From a virus (lineage: Duplodnaviria; Caudoviricetes), in the IMG/VR virus record IMGVR_UViG_3300032225_000686: a stretch of DNA of 64,000 nucleotides. One strand, written 5' to 3'. The position numbers and the translations under genes are program-made. Position 1 is the first letter of the stretch; every line of letters begins with the position of its first letter. The notes under the pieces are model-generated. The model searched no databases, had not been told where the DNA came from, and saw only the letters and a list, made by a program, of their open reading frames with translations. Of the stretch, positions 18,929 through 26,820 are shown piece after piece.

Positions 18929-20161
18929 ATGAGCATGACCCGTGAACAGACCCGTACCGCCTTCGTGACCGCCGCCTACACCTTGACTGGTGGCGAGCCG
19001 GTCATCACCCGTCCGCAAGTTTTGGAAGCCGCCGCGAAAGCCGGTGTGCCGAACCCCGCGTGGCTGACGAACGATCCCGCCTATCGCGCCGGTCGTGGGC
19101 AGTACCGTCTGCCGCCGATGCACCAAGCGTCCCGTCCTGCCGTTCCTGCCGCCCCTGTGGAGGAGGCTCCGATGGCTACCGCCGCTGCCCCGTGCAGTCT
19201 GGTGGACCTGAACTTGTCCATGCAGGCGATTGAGGCGGGTGGCTCTGCGGTCCCCTCCAAGGATTCGCTGTTCGTGCCGTATGGCGATCACGACACCATC
19301 GTGACCATCATCAAGAGCCGCCGATGGGCCCCTTCCTATGTGGTCGGTCCCTCGGGTTGCGGTAAGACCTTCTCGTATCAGCAGGCGTGTGCCGAACTGA
19401 GCCGCGAGTACTTCGAAGTCCAGATCACCTCGGAGACCACCGAAGACGATCTGCTCGGTGGGTTCCGTCTGGTTGCAGGAGAGACCAAGTTCGTCTACGG
19501 TCCCGTGGCTCTCGCCATGCTCCGTGGCGGGTTCCTTGTCCTTGACGAGATTGACCAAGCCACCAACAAGGTGATGTGCCTTCAGCAGGTTCTCAACGGC
19601 AAGCCCGTGTTCCTGAAGAAGATCAACCAGTGGGTCAAGCCCGCCGCAGGATTCAATGTGGGTGCGACCGCCAACACCAAGGGCAACGGTGACGAGAGCG
19701 GCCGATTCGTCGGGGCTAACCCGCTGAATGTGGCCTTCCGCGACCGCCTGTCAGGCATGACCTTCGTCGCTGATTACCCCGCCGCTGCCGTGGAGCGCAA
19801 GATTCTCGGCAAGGCTATGGAAGCCGTGGGCGTGAGCGACGAGGAGTTCGGCAAGCGTCTGGTGGAGTGGGCAGGCGTGATTCGCAAGACCAACCGTGAG
19901 GGCGGTATGGAAGAGACCATCACCACTCGCCGACTGGTTCAGATCTCGCAGAACCTCGCCATCCTCGGGAGCCGCGTGAAGTGTGTGGAACTCGGAACCA
20001 ACATCTACGACGAGGTGACCCGCGAAGCCATGCTCAACCTGTACAAGAAGGTTGACGAGGAGGCCGAACCGAAGGTGAAGGGGCAGGATGATCTCGGCAA
20101 GGCTCCCGTCGCTGCGGGAACCACCGCTGCCGCCGCCAACACCAACGCCTGTCCGTTCTGA
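18929..20161 (+). CDS. MoxR/CbbQ-type AAA+ ATPase (phage 'CobS-like')
   Basis: Walker A GPSGCGKT, Walker B VLDEID, ATANTKG and TTRRLV motifs. Confidence 0.9.
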   Translation: MSMTREQTRTAFVTAAYTLTGGEPVITRPQVLEAAAKAGVPNPAWLTNDPAYRAGRGQYRLPPMHQASRPAVPAAPVEEAPMATAAAPCSLVDLNLSMQAIEAGGSAVPSKDSLFVPYGDHDTIVTIIKSRRWAPSYVVGPSGCGKTFSYQQACAELSREYFEVQITSETTEDDLLGGFRLVAGETKFVYGPVALAMLRGGFLVLDEIDQATNKVMCLQQVLNGKPVFLKKINQWVKPAAGFNVGATANTKGNGDESGRFVGANPLNVAFRDRLSGMTFVADYPAAAVERKILGKAMEAVGVSDEEFGKRLVEWAGVIRKTNREGGMEETITTRRLVQISQNLAILGSRVKCVELGTNIYDEVTREAMLNLYKKVDEEAEPKVKGQDDLGKAPVAAGTTAAAANTNACPF

Positions 20162-20311
20162 GGGGAAAGCGGGATTGATTTTCAAAAAGTGTTAGATAGC
20201 ATCAGCGAACATTTAAAATCAAACACCGACTACTACGCAATCAACGCCTAACAAAATCGTCAGAAACTTCTTGACATCAAACTGAAACCTGTTATAATAG
20301 GAGAAATCAAA

Positions 20312-20632
20312 ATGACTACGACCAACACCACACTCACGATCAAGCCGCGTCAGGCTAACTTCCTAGCCGCGTTTGAACTCAAGTACGGCCGCCCTGCTAC
20401 CGTCACCCGTAAGGCTCTTGTCTCGTTCAAGCAGACTTGGGCTAACGGGGAGAAGGGTCCGTTTGGATTCACTCTGCGTTGGCCTGCGTGGCTCACGAAC
20501 TCCAGTAACTTTACTGTTCAGCGAGCGATCTATGCCCTCCCGTGGAATGAGTATGATGCATTCTTGGCTTCTGCATCAAACGGTTCGCAGCCGGTTACTC
20601 CCACGGATGCCGCTGATCCTGCGACGAACTGA
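20312..20632 (+). CDS. stand-alone homolog of the MoxR N-terminal domain
   Basis: VTR...PAWLTN...RAIYALP aligns with MoxR ITR...PAWLTN...RGQYRLP; own promoter at 20271-20298. Confidence 0.7.
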   Translation: MTTTNTTLTIKPRQANFLAAFELKYGRPATVTRKALVSFKQTWANGEKGPFGFTLRWPAWLTNSSNFTVQRAIYALPWNEYDAFLASASNGSQPVTPTDAADPATN

Positions 20633-20642
20633 GGGAGCCGTG

Positions 20643-20770
20643 GACACTCCGGTTAGAGTGTCAACCCCCGCTGCTCAAGACCTTGAATCTTGAGGAGCAA
20701 CCCCCCTCGGAAGTTGAAAGACTTCCAAGGGATTTCAACCTAGTAGTGCCACCAAGGCCGGTCGCACTAC
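20643..20770 (+). ncRNA. four tandem hairpins joined by CAACC linkers (structured leader or sRNA)
   Basis: stems GACACTC/GAGTGTC, CTCAAGA/TCTTGAG, GGAAGT/ACTTCC and GTAGTGC/GCACTAC. Confidence 0.5.
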
Positions 20771-20792
20771 GCATTCTCAAAGGAGATTTACT

Positions 20793-21092
20793 ATGGCCAT
20801 TACTGCTGCCCGTCGTACCAACAAGACCCGTCGCTCTCGCGTTGCTGCTCAGAACCTCATGGAAGGTGATGAGTTCATCATGCACGGCGAGCCGAACATC
20901 TTCGTTGATCGCATCAGCCGCAACGAGGATCGCGGCACGGTTCGCGTCACCTTCAGCAACGGCATGAAGCGTAACTATTCGTGGGGCTACAAGGCTCTCA
21001 TCGTTGAGACCCCGAGCCGCCACAACTTCCGTCGCAACACTCTGCGCCGCGCTGGTTACCCCAACTACTACGAGTACACCTGTGGTATCTAA
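20793..21092 (+). CDS. basic hypothetical protein
   Basis: AAGGAG SD; GC3-rich codons. Confidence 0.7.
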   Translation: MAITAARRTNKTRRSRVAAQNLMEGDEFIMHGEPNIFVDRISRNEDRGTVRVTFSNGMKRNYSWGYKALIVETPSRHNFRRNTLRRAGYPNYYEYTCGI

Positions 21093-21135
21093 TATTCACA
21101 TTGTATAAGGAATTTCAGATTCCAAGCATTGCGTC

Positions 21136-21300
21136 TTGGGTCTCTAGTTCCAATCACTAAATTACTGGTTGGTGGGTGGGGGCTAGGCGATTATAATGAA
21201 CTCCTGTGGAACACGCCTAGTTCCCCTACCGCCGACCGGACAAAGAAGAGACTTCGGTCCTGCCCCTACTTCGGTGGGGGCTATTTGTTATCGGACCCAA
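21136..21300 (+). ncRNA. putative rod-like structured RNA with possible pseudoknot
   Basis: long G-U-rich stem 21165-21189/21214-21239, closing stem GGGTCTCT/AGAGACTT, GTTCCA/TGGAAC complementarity, UUCG hairpin. Confidence 0.55.
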
Positions 21301-21309
21301 AAATAGTTC

Positions 21310-21337
21310 TTGACTTTTCTCAAATCGGGTGTATAAT
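21310..21337 (+). promoter_or_regulatory. sigma70-type promoter driving a non-coding hairpin
   Basis: TTGACT-16-TATAAT. Confidence 0.8.
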
Positions 21338-21343
21338 AATAGT

Positions 21344-21395
21344 ACCGCAGTTGGGTGTCAACGAGGCTGTTGTGGTCTCACACCCCCCTGCGGCT
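21344..21395 (+). ncRNA. ~50-nt hairpin RNA starting at the predicted +1
   Basis: stems CCGCAG/CTGCGG, GGGTGT/ACACCC and GAGGC/GTCTC. Confidence 0.55.
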
Positions 21396-21419
21396 TCTAA
21401 AAAATCTTGATCGTGGGGC

Positions 21420-21447
21420 TTGACTTTCCCCACCAACTCGCTATAAT
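21420..21447 (+). promoter_or_regulatory. sigma70-type promoter, near-leaderless
   Basis: TTGACT-16-TATAAT-8nt-ATG. Confidence 0.85.
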
Positions 21448-21455
21448 AAAAAAGT

Positions 21456-23774
21456 ATGACACAGACCCTCTCAAAGACAACCGTTGAATCCAAGGCAGTC
21501 CTCGCTCGCATGTTGGCCACCGAGAACCTGTCGGTGGAACACAACCCCAAGGCGGAGACCGCCTACTTCGATATCGAGAATCGGAAGTTGGTCTTCCCGT
21601 GTTGGGAGGGCATGACCGATCACCTGTACGATATGCTGGCAGGTCATGAGACCGCCCATGCCCTGTTCACGCCCGCCGGTGAAGCCGCCCTGTTCGAAGC
21701 CATCAAGGCAGTTGACCCGCGTCCTGAAGCCGCGTCTGCCGTGAAGGGTTACCTGAACATCGTGGAGGATGCCCGAATTGAGCGACTGGTCAAGGAGAAG
21801 TATCCGGGTCTGCGTCGGACCTTCTTCCTCGCCTATCAGGATCTGGTGAAGAGCGATATCATGGCTCCCGCCGTGCATCAGATTGCCACGCTGCGTCTGA
21901 TCGACCGAGCCAACATGCACTACAAGGTTGGAACCTTCGTGAATGTCCCCTTCACCGATGCGGAACTGCGTCTGGTGAAGCGAATGGCTACCACCAAGAC
22001 CTTCGAAGATGTGGTGGCTCTCGCCCGCGACCTGTGGCAGCATGAGAAGGATGAGAAGAAGAAGCAGGAGGAAGAGCAGAAGCAGCAGGAGTCGCAGCAG
22101 GGTTCTTCCGCTTCCTCTCCCGAAGGCGAAGAGGGCGAAGAGTCCGAGGCTAGCGGTAGCGATTCGCAGCAGCAGGAGAACGGCGAAGAGAACAAGGGCA
22201 AGGGTAAGAGCAAGAAGACCGAGGGCGAAGAGAAGCCTTCCGAAGAGAACAGCGGCGGTGGCAACTCCACGCCGAACAATGGTCAGGAGACCGAGGGTGG
22301 CGAAGGCGATAACAGCCCCAACAGCGGTGGCGAGCCGATGCCCGAGGAGAGCAAGACCGATGGGATGCTGAATGAGTACAGCAAGTCGAAGCGGAATGAA
22401 AAGGCCAACTACTTCGTGACCGCCGACCTGCCGAAGTTCAACACCGCGAAGGGCATCATCCCCGCTAGCACGGTGGTCCCGATGCTCGTTGAGTGTGGTG
22501 AGAAGAACAACGGTCTGAAGTTCTTCACCGAGTGGAAGGAGCGCAATGCCGAGAGCGTTGCCGTCCTGTGCCGCGAGTTCGAACGCCGCCGCGCTGCCGA
22601 AGCCGCGAGCCGTACCTCCATGAGCGATTCGGGAACGATTGATGTGAACCGCCTGTGGTCCTACCGCGTGAGCGACGAGATCTTCCGTCAGTACGCAAAT
22701 GTGAAGAATGGTCAGAGCCACGGCATTCAAGTGTTCGTGGACTTCAGCGGCTCCATGAGTGGCATCCTGTACGAGACCATGAGTCAGATGGTTTCCCTCG
22801 CTGCCTTCTGCCGCCGAATGAACATCCCCTTCGATGTCTACGCCTTCACCGATGGTCTGCCGACGCAATGGCTGACCGATGTGGATGGCGAGACCCTGCG
22901 GACAATGGGTTCGGATGGCTACAATAAGGAAATGAGTCCTTGGATTCAGACCGAGAAGACTATGAGAATGAGTCACACTCACTTCCGTCTGGTTCATCTG
23001 CTGACGAGTGGTCTGTCGGAGCGAAACTTCCGCATGGCCGTGGGTGGTATGCTCGCCATCGTTTCCCGTGCCGTGGCGGATAGCGATTGGGGTAGCGGCA
23101 AGGCCAATCGTAGTGCGGCTCAACTGTTCCGCCTGAATGGAACCCCGACCAATCAGGCAACGCTCGCCGCGATGACCATCATCCCCGAGTTCCGTAAGAA
23201 GAACAATCTGCAAATCGTCCACGCGGTCTTCCTGACCGATGGAGAGAGTGGTGACCGCTTCTCTGGTCCGACCAAGTACGAGAACATTTACGGTCGCAGC
23301 ACCGTTGATGTCTACGGTTACGAACTGCGCGATAGCGTGACGGGTAACACCGAGAAGGCGATGAATTCCTACTGCGCGACGAGTCAGAACCGTGCGCTGA
23401 ATCACCTGCTCGCCAAGCGTATCCCCGGCTGCAATGTGATCGGCATCTCCCTCTGCCCGACCCGCGAGTTCCGAACCAAGATGTCTGACGGTCTCGCCAA
23501 GCGGAAGAATCGCTACGGCTTCGATGTCGAGATGGAAGCCGCAAAGGTGAAGGGCTTCTGCGAGGCTGAGGACTGCTACGGTTACACCAAGTGGTTTGGA
23601 ATGAACGCTCCCCACCTTGATTCGAATGACTACTTCATGGGCATCACCGACGATGCACCGAAGGCAGTACTGACCAAGGCATTCGCCAAGACGATCAAGC
23701 AGGGTACGATGAACCGTCTGCTCCTGAGCCGCTTCGTGGACCTGATCGCTAATCACGGCGCGAAGAAGAATTGA
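21456..23774 (+). CDS. VWA-domain protein with N-terminal HExxH peptidase-like domain (MoxR partner, CobT-like)
   Basis: GHETAH, NIVEDARIE, acidic linker, MIDAS DFSGS...GTP...LTDG. Confidence 0.9.
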   Translation: MTQTLSKTTVESKAVLARMLATENLSVEHNPKAETAYFDIENRKLVFPCWEGMTDHLYDMLAGHETAHALFTPAGEAALFEAIKAVDPRPEAASAVKGYLNIVEDARIERLVKEKYPGLRRTFFLAYQDLVKSDIMAPAVHQIATLRLIDRANMHYKVGTFVNVPFTDAELRLVKRMATTKTFEDVVALARDLWQHEKDEKKKQEEEQKQQESQQGSSASSPEGEEGEESEASGSDSQQQENGEENKGKGKSKKTEGEEKPSEENSGGGNSTPNNGQETEGGEGDNSPNSGGEPMPEESKTDGMLNEYSKSKRNEKANYFVTADLPKFNTAKGIIPASTVVPMLVECGEKNNGLKFFTEWKERNAESVAVLCREFERRRAAEAASRTSMSDSGTIDVNRLWSYRVSDEIFRQYANVKNGQSHGIQVFVDFSGSMSGILYETMSQMVSLAAFCRRMNIPFDVYAFTDGLPTQWLTDVDGETLRTMGSDGYNKEMSPWIQTEKTMRMSHTHFRLVHLLTSGLSERNFRMAVGGMLAIVSRAVADSDWGSGKANRSAAQLFRLNGTPTNQATLAAMTIIPEFRKKNNLQIVHAVFLTDGESGDRFSGPTKYENIYGRSTVDVYGYELRDSVTGNTEKAMNSYCATSQNRALNHLLAKRIPGCNVIGISLCPTREFRTKMSDGLAKRKNRYGFDVEMEAAKVKGFCEAEDCYGYTKWFGMNAPHLDSNDYFMGITDDAPKAVLTKAFAKTIKQGTMNRLLLSRFVDLIANHGAKKN

Positions 23775-23797
23775 ATTTTCAAAAAGGAGAAAGACCA

Positions 23798-24184
23798 ATG
23801 TATCGCATGACCGTAATCACCGAACCGCAGAACGCAAGCCAAGAAAAACTTCCGCCTATCCCTCTTCATAAGGCATGGCTCTACCACACCGATACCAATA
23901 CATGGCTACTGCATCTAGAGGGACAGTTCACTGGTGTGGGCGTATCCGCTGTCCGAGCCAACGCTGGAGTTTCTCTGTACGATCTCTACGGACACTTCCG
24001 CCCTGTAGAAATTCAAATCACCTGCACCAACAAGGATGAGTTTTTGAAACTTCGTGGTTCTCACAAGGTCTCACAGATCATGTTGGGTGACCCTGAAGAT
24101 GGTGGAGTGGATCATATCAGCGTGTCTATGACCAACATCACTAACGACAAGTGGACTGATGTAGCGAAGTGGAGCCGCGACTGA
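23798..24184 (+). CDS. hypothetical protein
   Basis: AAGGAG SD; followed by a terminator. Confidence 0.65.
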   Translation: MYRMTVITEPQNASQEKLPPIPLHKAWLYHTDTNTWLLHLEGQFTGVGVSAVRANAGVSLYDLYGHFRPVEIQITCTNKDEFLKLRGSHKVSQIMLGDPEDGGVDHISVSMTNITNDKWTDVAKWSRD

Positions 24185-24207
24185 ACTAACGAGCGTTTGA
24201 GGGTCTG

Positions 24208-24245
24208 ACCCCTGTAGGTGTAAAAGCCTACGGGGGTTTTTGTTT
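24208..24245 (+). terminator. intrinsic terminator
   Basis: ACCCCTGTAGG...CCTACGGGGGT followed by a T tract. Confidence 0.8.
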
Positions 24246-24613
24246 ATTGGGATTAGACTGGGTTAACTGGTGGCTGGACCAGCCGGTGGCTATGCGGTCT
24301 CGCCCGATTCAACTTTAAAACTAAACTTCGGGAATGTGGGGGCGTGGGAGCGGGAACAACAAAATGCGATCTGCGAAAAAATTCAAGGTATGGGTTGACT
24401 TCCCCAGAAAACGACCCCCCTGTTTTAGTTTTGCGAGCGGCGGGTTCCCATCCAAGCAAGGGCCGAGTGCCGAGAAAATTATGGAGTCCGCAGGTTCGCC
24501 CAAATAAAGACCCCCCCCCCTTTAATCCACCTCGTTGATTTCAGTTGCCCCGAAATGCCTTTTACCCCCGAGGTAAAAATCTTCCAAAAACAGGTCTGAT
24601 CCTAAATATCATC

Positions 24614-24916
24614 ATGCCAAAACAAACACAGCAAAACGATCCCTCCAACTATCCCTTCAAAGGTCGTTTCCCTTTCAGTACAGAACTAGAATATGAATTG
24701 TCCCCCTTTGCTCGTAACTTTGCATGTTTTACAAATTGCTATAGCGAGTTCACCAAAACAAATCCAGAACCATCAGTAGGTTGTACTGAAAGTAGCGGTA
24801 AGATAAAGAACCCACTTCCCCAAGAGTGTGCTCAATGGGATGGGAAGAGAAGACTACACATCAGCAAGTGTAGAGACCTTTGCTCATTCTATGGAACACC
24901 TACGGGTAATCAGTAA
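24614..24916 (+). CDS. Cys-rich M[AP]KQxQ protein
   Basis: CTAAATA at 24602-24608; MPKQTQ start; 6 Cys. Confidence 0.6.
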   Translation: MPKQTQQNDPSNYPFKGRFPFSTELEYELSPFARNFACFTNCYSEFTKTNPEPSVGCTESSGKIKNPLPQECAQWDGKRRLHISKCRDLCSFYGTPTGNQ

Positions 24917-24945
24917 AACTAAAGGAATCCTTGGAGGGAGTTGTT

Positions 24946-25380
24946 ATGGCAAAACAATCTCAAATCAATACCGGTGTTGTTAGTAAATCATTCCCCTCAT
25001 CAAGCGGGTTGCCTACTGACCCGAATGGGTTCATCTCTTCTAACTGTGCCTTGAGCGTTGGTGGGTCTTGTTCTCAATGCAGCAACTACTTGTCCTGTAT
25101 GTCCCCAAAGGTTAGAGAGTACATCAACAGTTTTCCTTTGTCGGTAAGTAGTGGTCAACCCGTACTAGCAATAGGAGATTTAAAAAACTTTGTCATCGCT
25201 CATTGTAGAGACTGCTATGACATATGCCGTTCCTATCCCTGCTCCTCTATCCCCACCACGAACACATCAACCCTGACCGATTCTCCTAGTTTTTCCAACA
25301 ACCCAAATTCAGGTTATGTCTTAGATGCAACACGGCTAATGTACGGATTGGTTTCTAGATTTGGAAAGTTGAAAACCTAA
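24946..25380 (+). CDS. Cys-rich M[AP]KQxQ protein
   Basis: MAKQSQ start; CxxC clusters; GGAG SD. Confidence 0.6.
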   Translation: MAKQSQINTGVVSKSFPSSSGLPTDPNGFISSNCALSVGGSCSQCSNYLSCMSPKVREYINSFPLSVSSGQPVLAIGDLKNFVIAHCRDCYDICRSYPCSSIPTTNTSTLTDSPSFSNNPNSGYVLDATRLMYGLVSRFGKLKT

Positions 25381-25390
25381 ATATCTAACC

Positions 25391-25780
25391 ATGAAGTCCT
25401 TTCGCCAACACATCTCTGAAATGTTTGTGACTTGGGAGGAACTAGGCCGCCTTGAGCGAGTCCTTGATTCCATGTTTGCTCAGGTTGGATTGGACATCGG
25501 ATTCACCAAGCACTTTTGGGAACGCATCAATGGTAGTCGAATGTATGGCGGAACGGTCAGCATCATGGACATCAAAGACGCATTTCAAAAAACCTTTCAA
25601 CGCTATGCCAAGCAAATAGCAGCAAAGCCAGTTGATTGGAAGGCAGTCATCAACGATGTAACCAAAGGTCTCAACATGCCTTTCACTCTCTCATGGGACA
25701 GAGTAGGCAAGCGTATGGTGATGTTGACTGCCATGAAGAAGCATGACTTCAAGACTCCAGACCCCAAACTCAAGGTGTAA
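25391..25780 (+). CDS. leader-tagged (MKSFRQHISE) protein, possible RNase-toxin-like fold
   Basis: late promoter; FTKHFWER motif. Confidence 0.6.
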   Translation: MKSFRQHISEMFVTWEELGRLERVLDSMFAQVGLDIGFTKHFWERINGSRMYGGTVSIMDIKDAFQKTFQRYAKQIAAKPVDWKAVINDVTKGLNMPFTLSWDRVGKRMVMLTAMKKHDFKTPDPKLKV

Positions 25781-25785
25781 AAAAA

Positions 25786-26511
25786 ATGGCGAAACAGATT
25801 CAATTCTCGGGATTGTCGATGATACCTCCAACAGCCGTGGAGTGCACAGAAGATGCGGGCGGTATTGGCACGGATGTTGTGTATTCTATGGTGGGAGACA
25901 AAAGAGTAACACAGACTACTCAAGCAAAGAAGCCTTGCCCACCACCAATATTTCCCCCAAAAGGAATGACCCAACAAGATTGGGAAAGATTCAAGAAGGG
26001 TCTATGTTGGGCAGAGAGTGATCCGGATTGCCCGTGTTGTGATAATAAGGTTGGTACTGCTAATGATGTTGGAAGATATCAATTCACCCCTCTTGCCGTT
26101 TACGACATCTACAAGTACTACTGCGAAGATTGTAAAACTGATAGATGCAAACAAGGTTGTGCAGAACTAAAGGCTATATGCCCCGATGTAAAAAAAGATT
26201 CCTCTTGTGCAAGTAAGCAGGATGTAGCAGATAAACTTCTTGAACTATGGTCTGGTGGTAGATGGTATCCTGATATAGAAAGAAAACAGGGCGAAAGTGA
26301 TTGGCAATACTACCACAGGATTCTAGGGATTTTCCATTGTGGTAAACCGTCTAAACTTTCCTGTGCAGAGTATGGTCCGCTGCCTCCTCTCACAACTCCC
26401 GGACAGAACTACTTTATAAAGTTCTGGTGTGAATATAAGAGGAACGGGGGAACAGGACCAGATCCTACGGGTTGGAATCAGGATTGGTGCAAGCCCAAAG
26501 GCAACAAGTAA
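25786..26511 (+). CDS. Cys-rich M[AP]KQxQ protein with lysozyme-like motif
   Basis: LCWAES...VGRYQF; many Cys. Confidence 0.55.
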   Translation: MAKQIQFSGLSMIPPTAVECTEDAGGIGTDVVYSMVGDKRVTQTTQAKKPCPPPIFPPKGMTQQDWERFKKGLCWAESDPDCPCCDNKVGTANDVGRYQFTPLAVYDIYKYYCEDCKTDRCKQGCAELKAICPDVKKDSSCASKQDVADKLLELWSGGRWYPDIERKQGESDWQYYHRILGIFHCGKPSKLSCAEYGPLPPLTTPGQNYFIKFWCEYKRNGGTGPDPTGWNQDWCKPKGNK

Positions 26512-26535
26512 TCGGAGAATTTATAGGGGTCATCC

Positions 26536-26820
26536 ATGAAAACCTACCGTGAACTATCCGAGTCTCTTCGTGAATCAACTCTTGCCGACAACGGTAGAGT
26601 TCAGGTTCACTATGATTCAACCAACGGCAAGGGGCAACCAATGACGGTGATAGCAACCGTTCCCCCTGTGCAAGAGCCAGAGATAAATAACAAGTATGAT
26701 ATGATTCGCTATGTAGAAAAGTACATCAAGTCCATGAAGTCCAAAGGCATCATCAAGGGCAACTACGAGGTAGTCTTCCCTGACAGTCCGAAATGGTACA
26801 AATGGGGAGGTCAAAAATGA
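26536..26820 (+). CDS. putative internal head protein (MKTYRELSE leader)
   Basis: N-terminus resembles the T4 IP capsid-targeting sequence. Confidence 0.6.
   Translation: MKTYRELSESLRESTLADNGRVQVHYDSTNGKGQPMTVIATVPPVQEPEINNKYDMIRYVEKYIKSMKSKGIIKGNYEVVFPDSPKWYKWGGQK

Noticed and set aside
18929-20161. Cobalamin biosynthesis (cobS) as a metabolic gene
   Set aside because: The motifs show only a MoxR-type AAA+ ATPase with a VWA partner; no cobN or other cob genes are present.
18905-20185. Minus-strand ORFs of 217 and 144 aa
   Set aside because: They are antisense shadows of the MoxR gene.
20643-20770. CRISPR mini-array
   Set aside because: The stems differ in sequence and only 5-8-nt linkers repeat. 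No repeat-spacer periodicity or cas genes were seen in the window.
21471-23798. 775-aa minus-strand ORF
   Set aside because: It is the antisense shadow of the GC3-rich VWA gene, with no SD, promoter or motifs.
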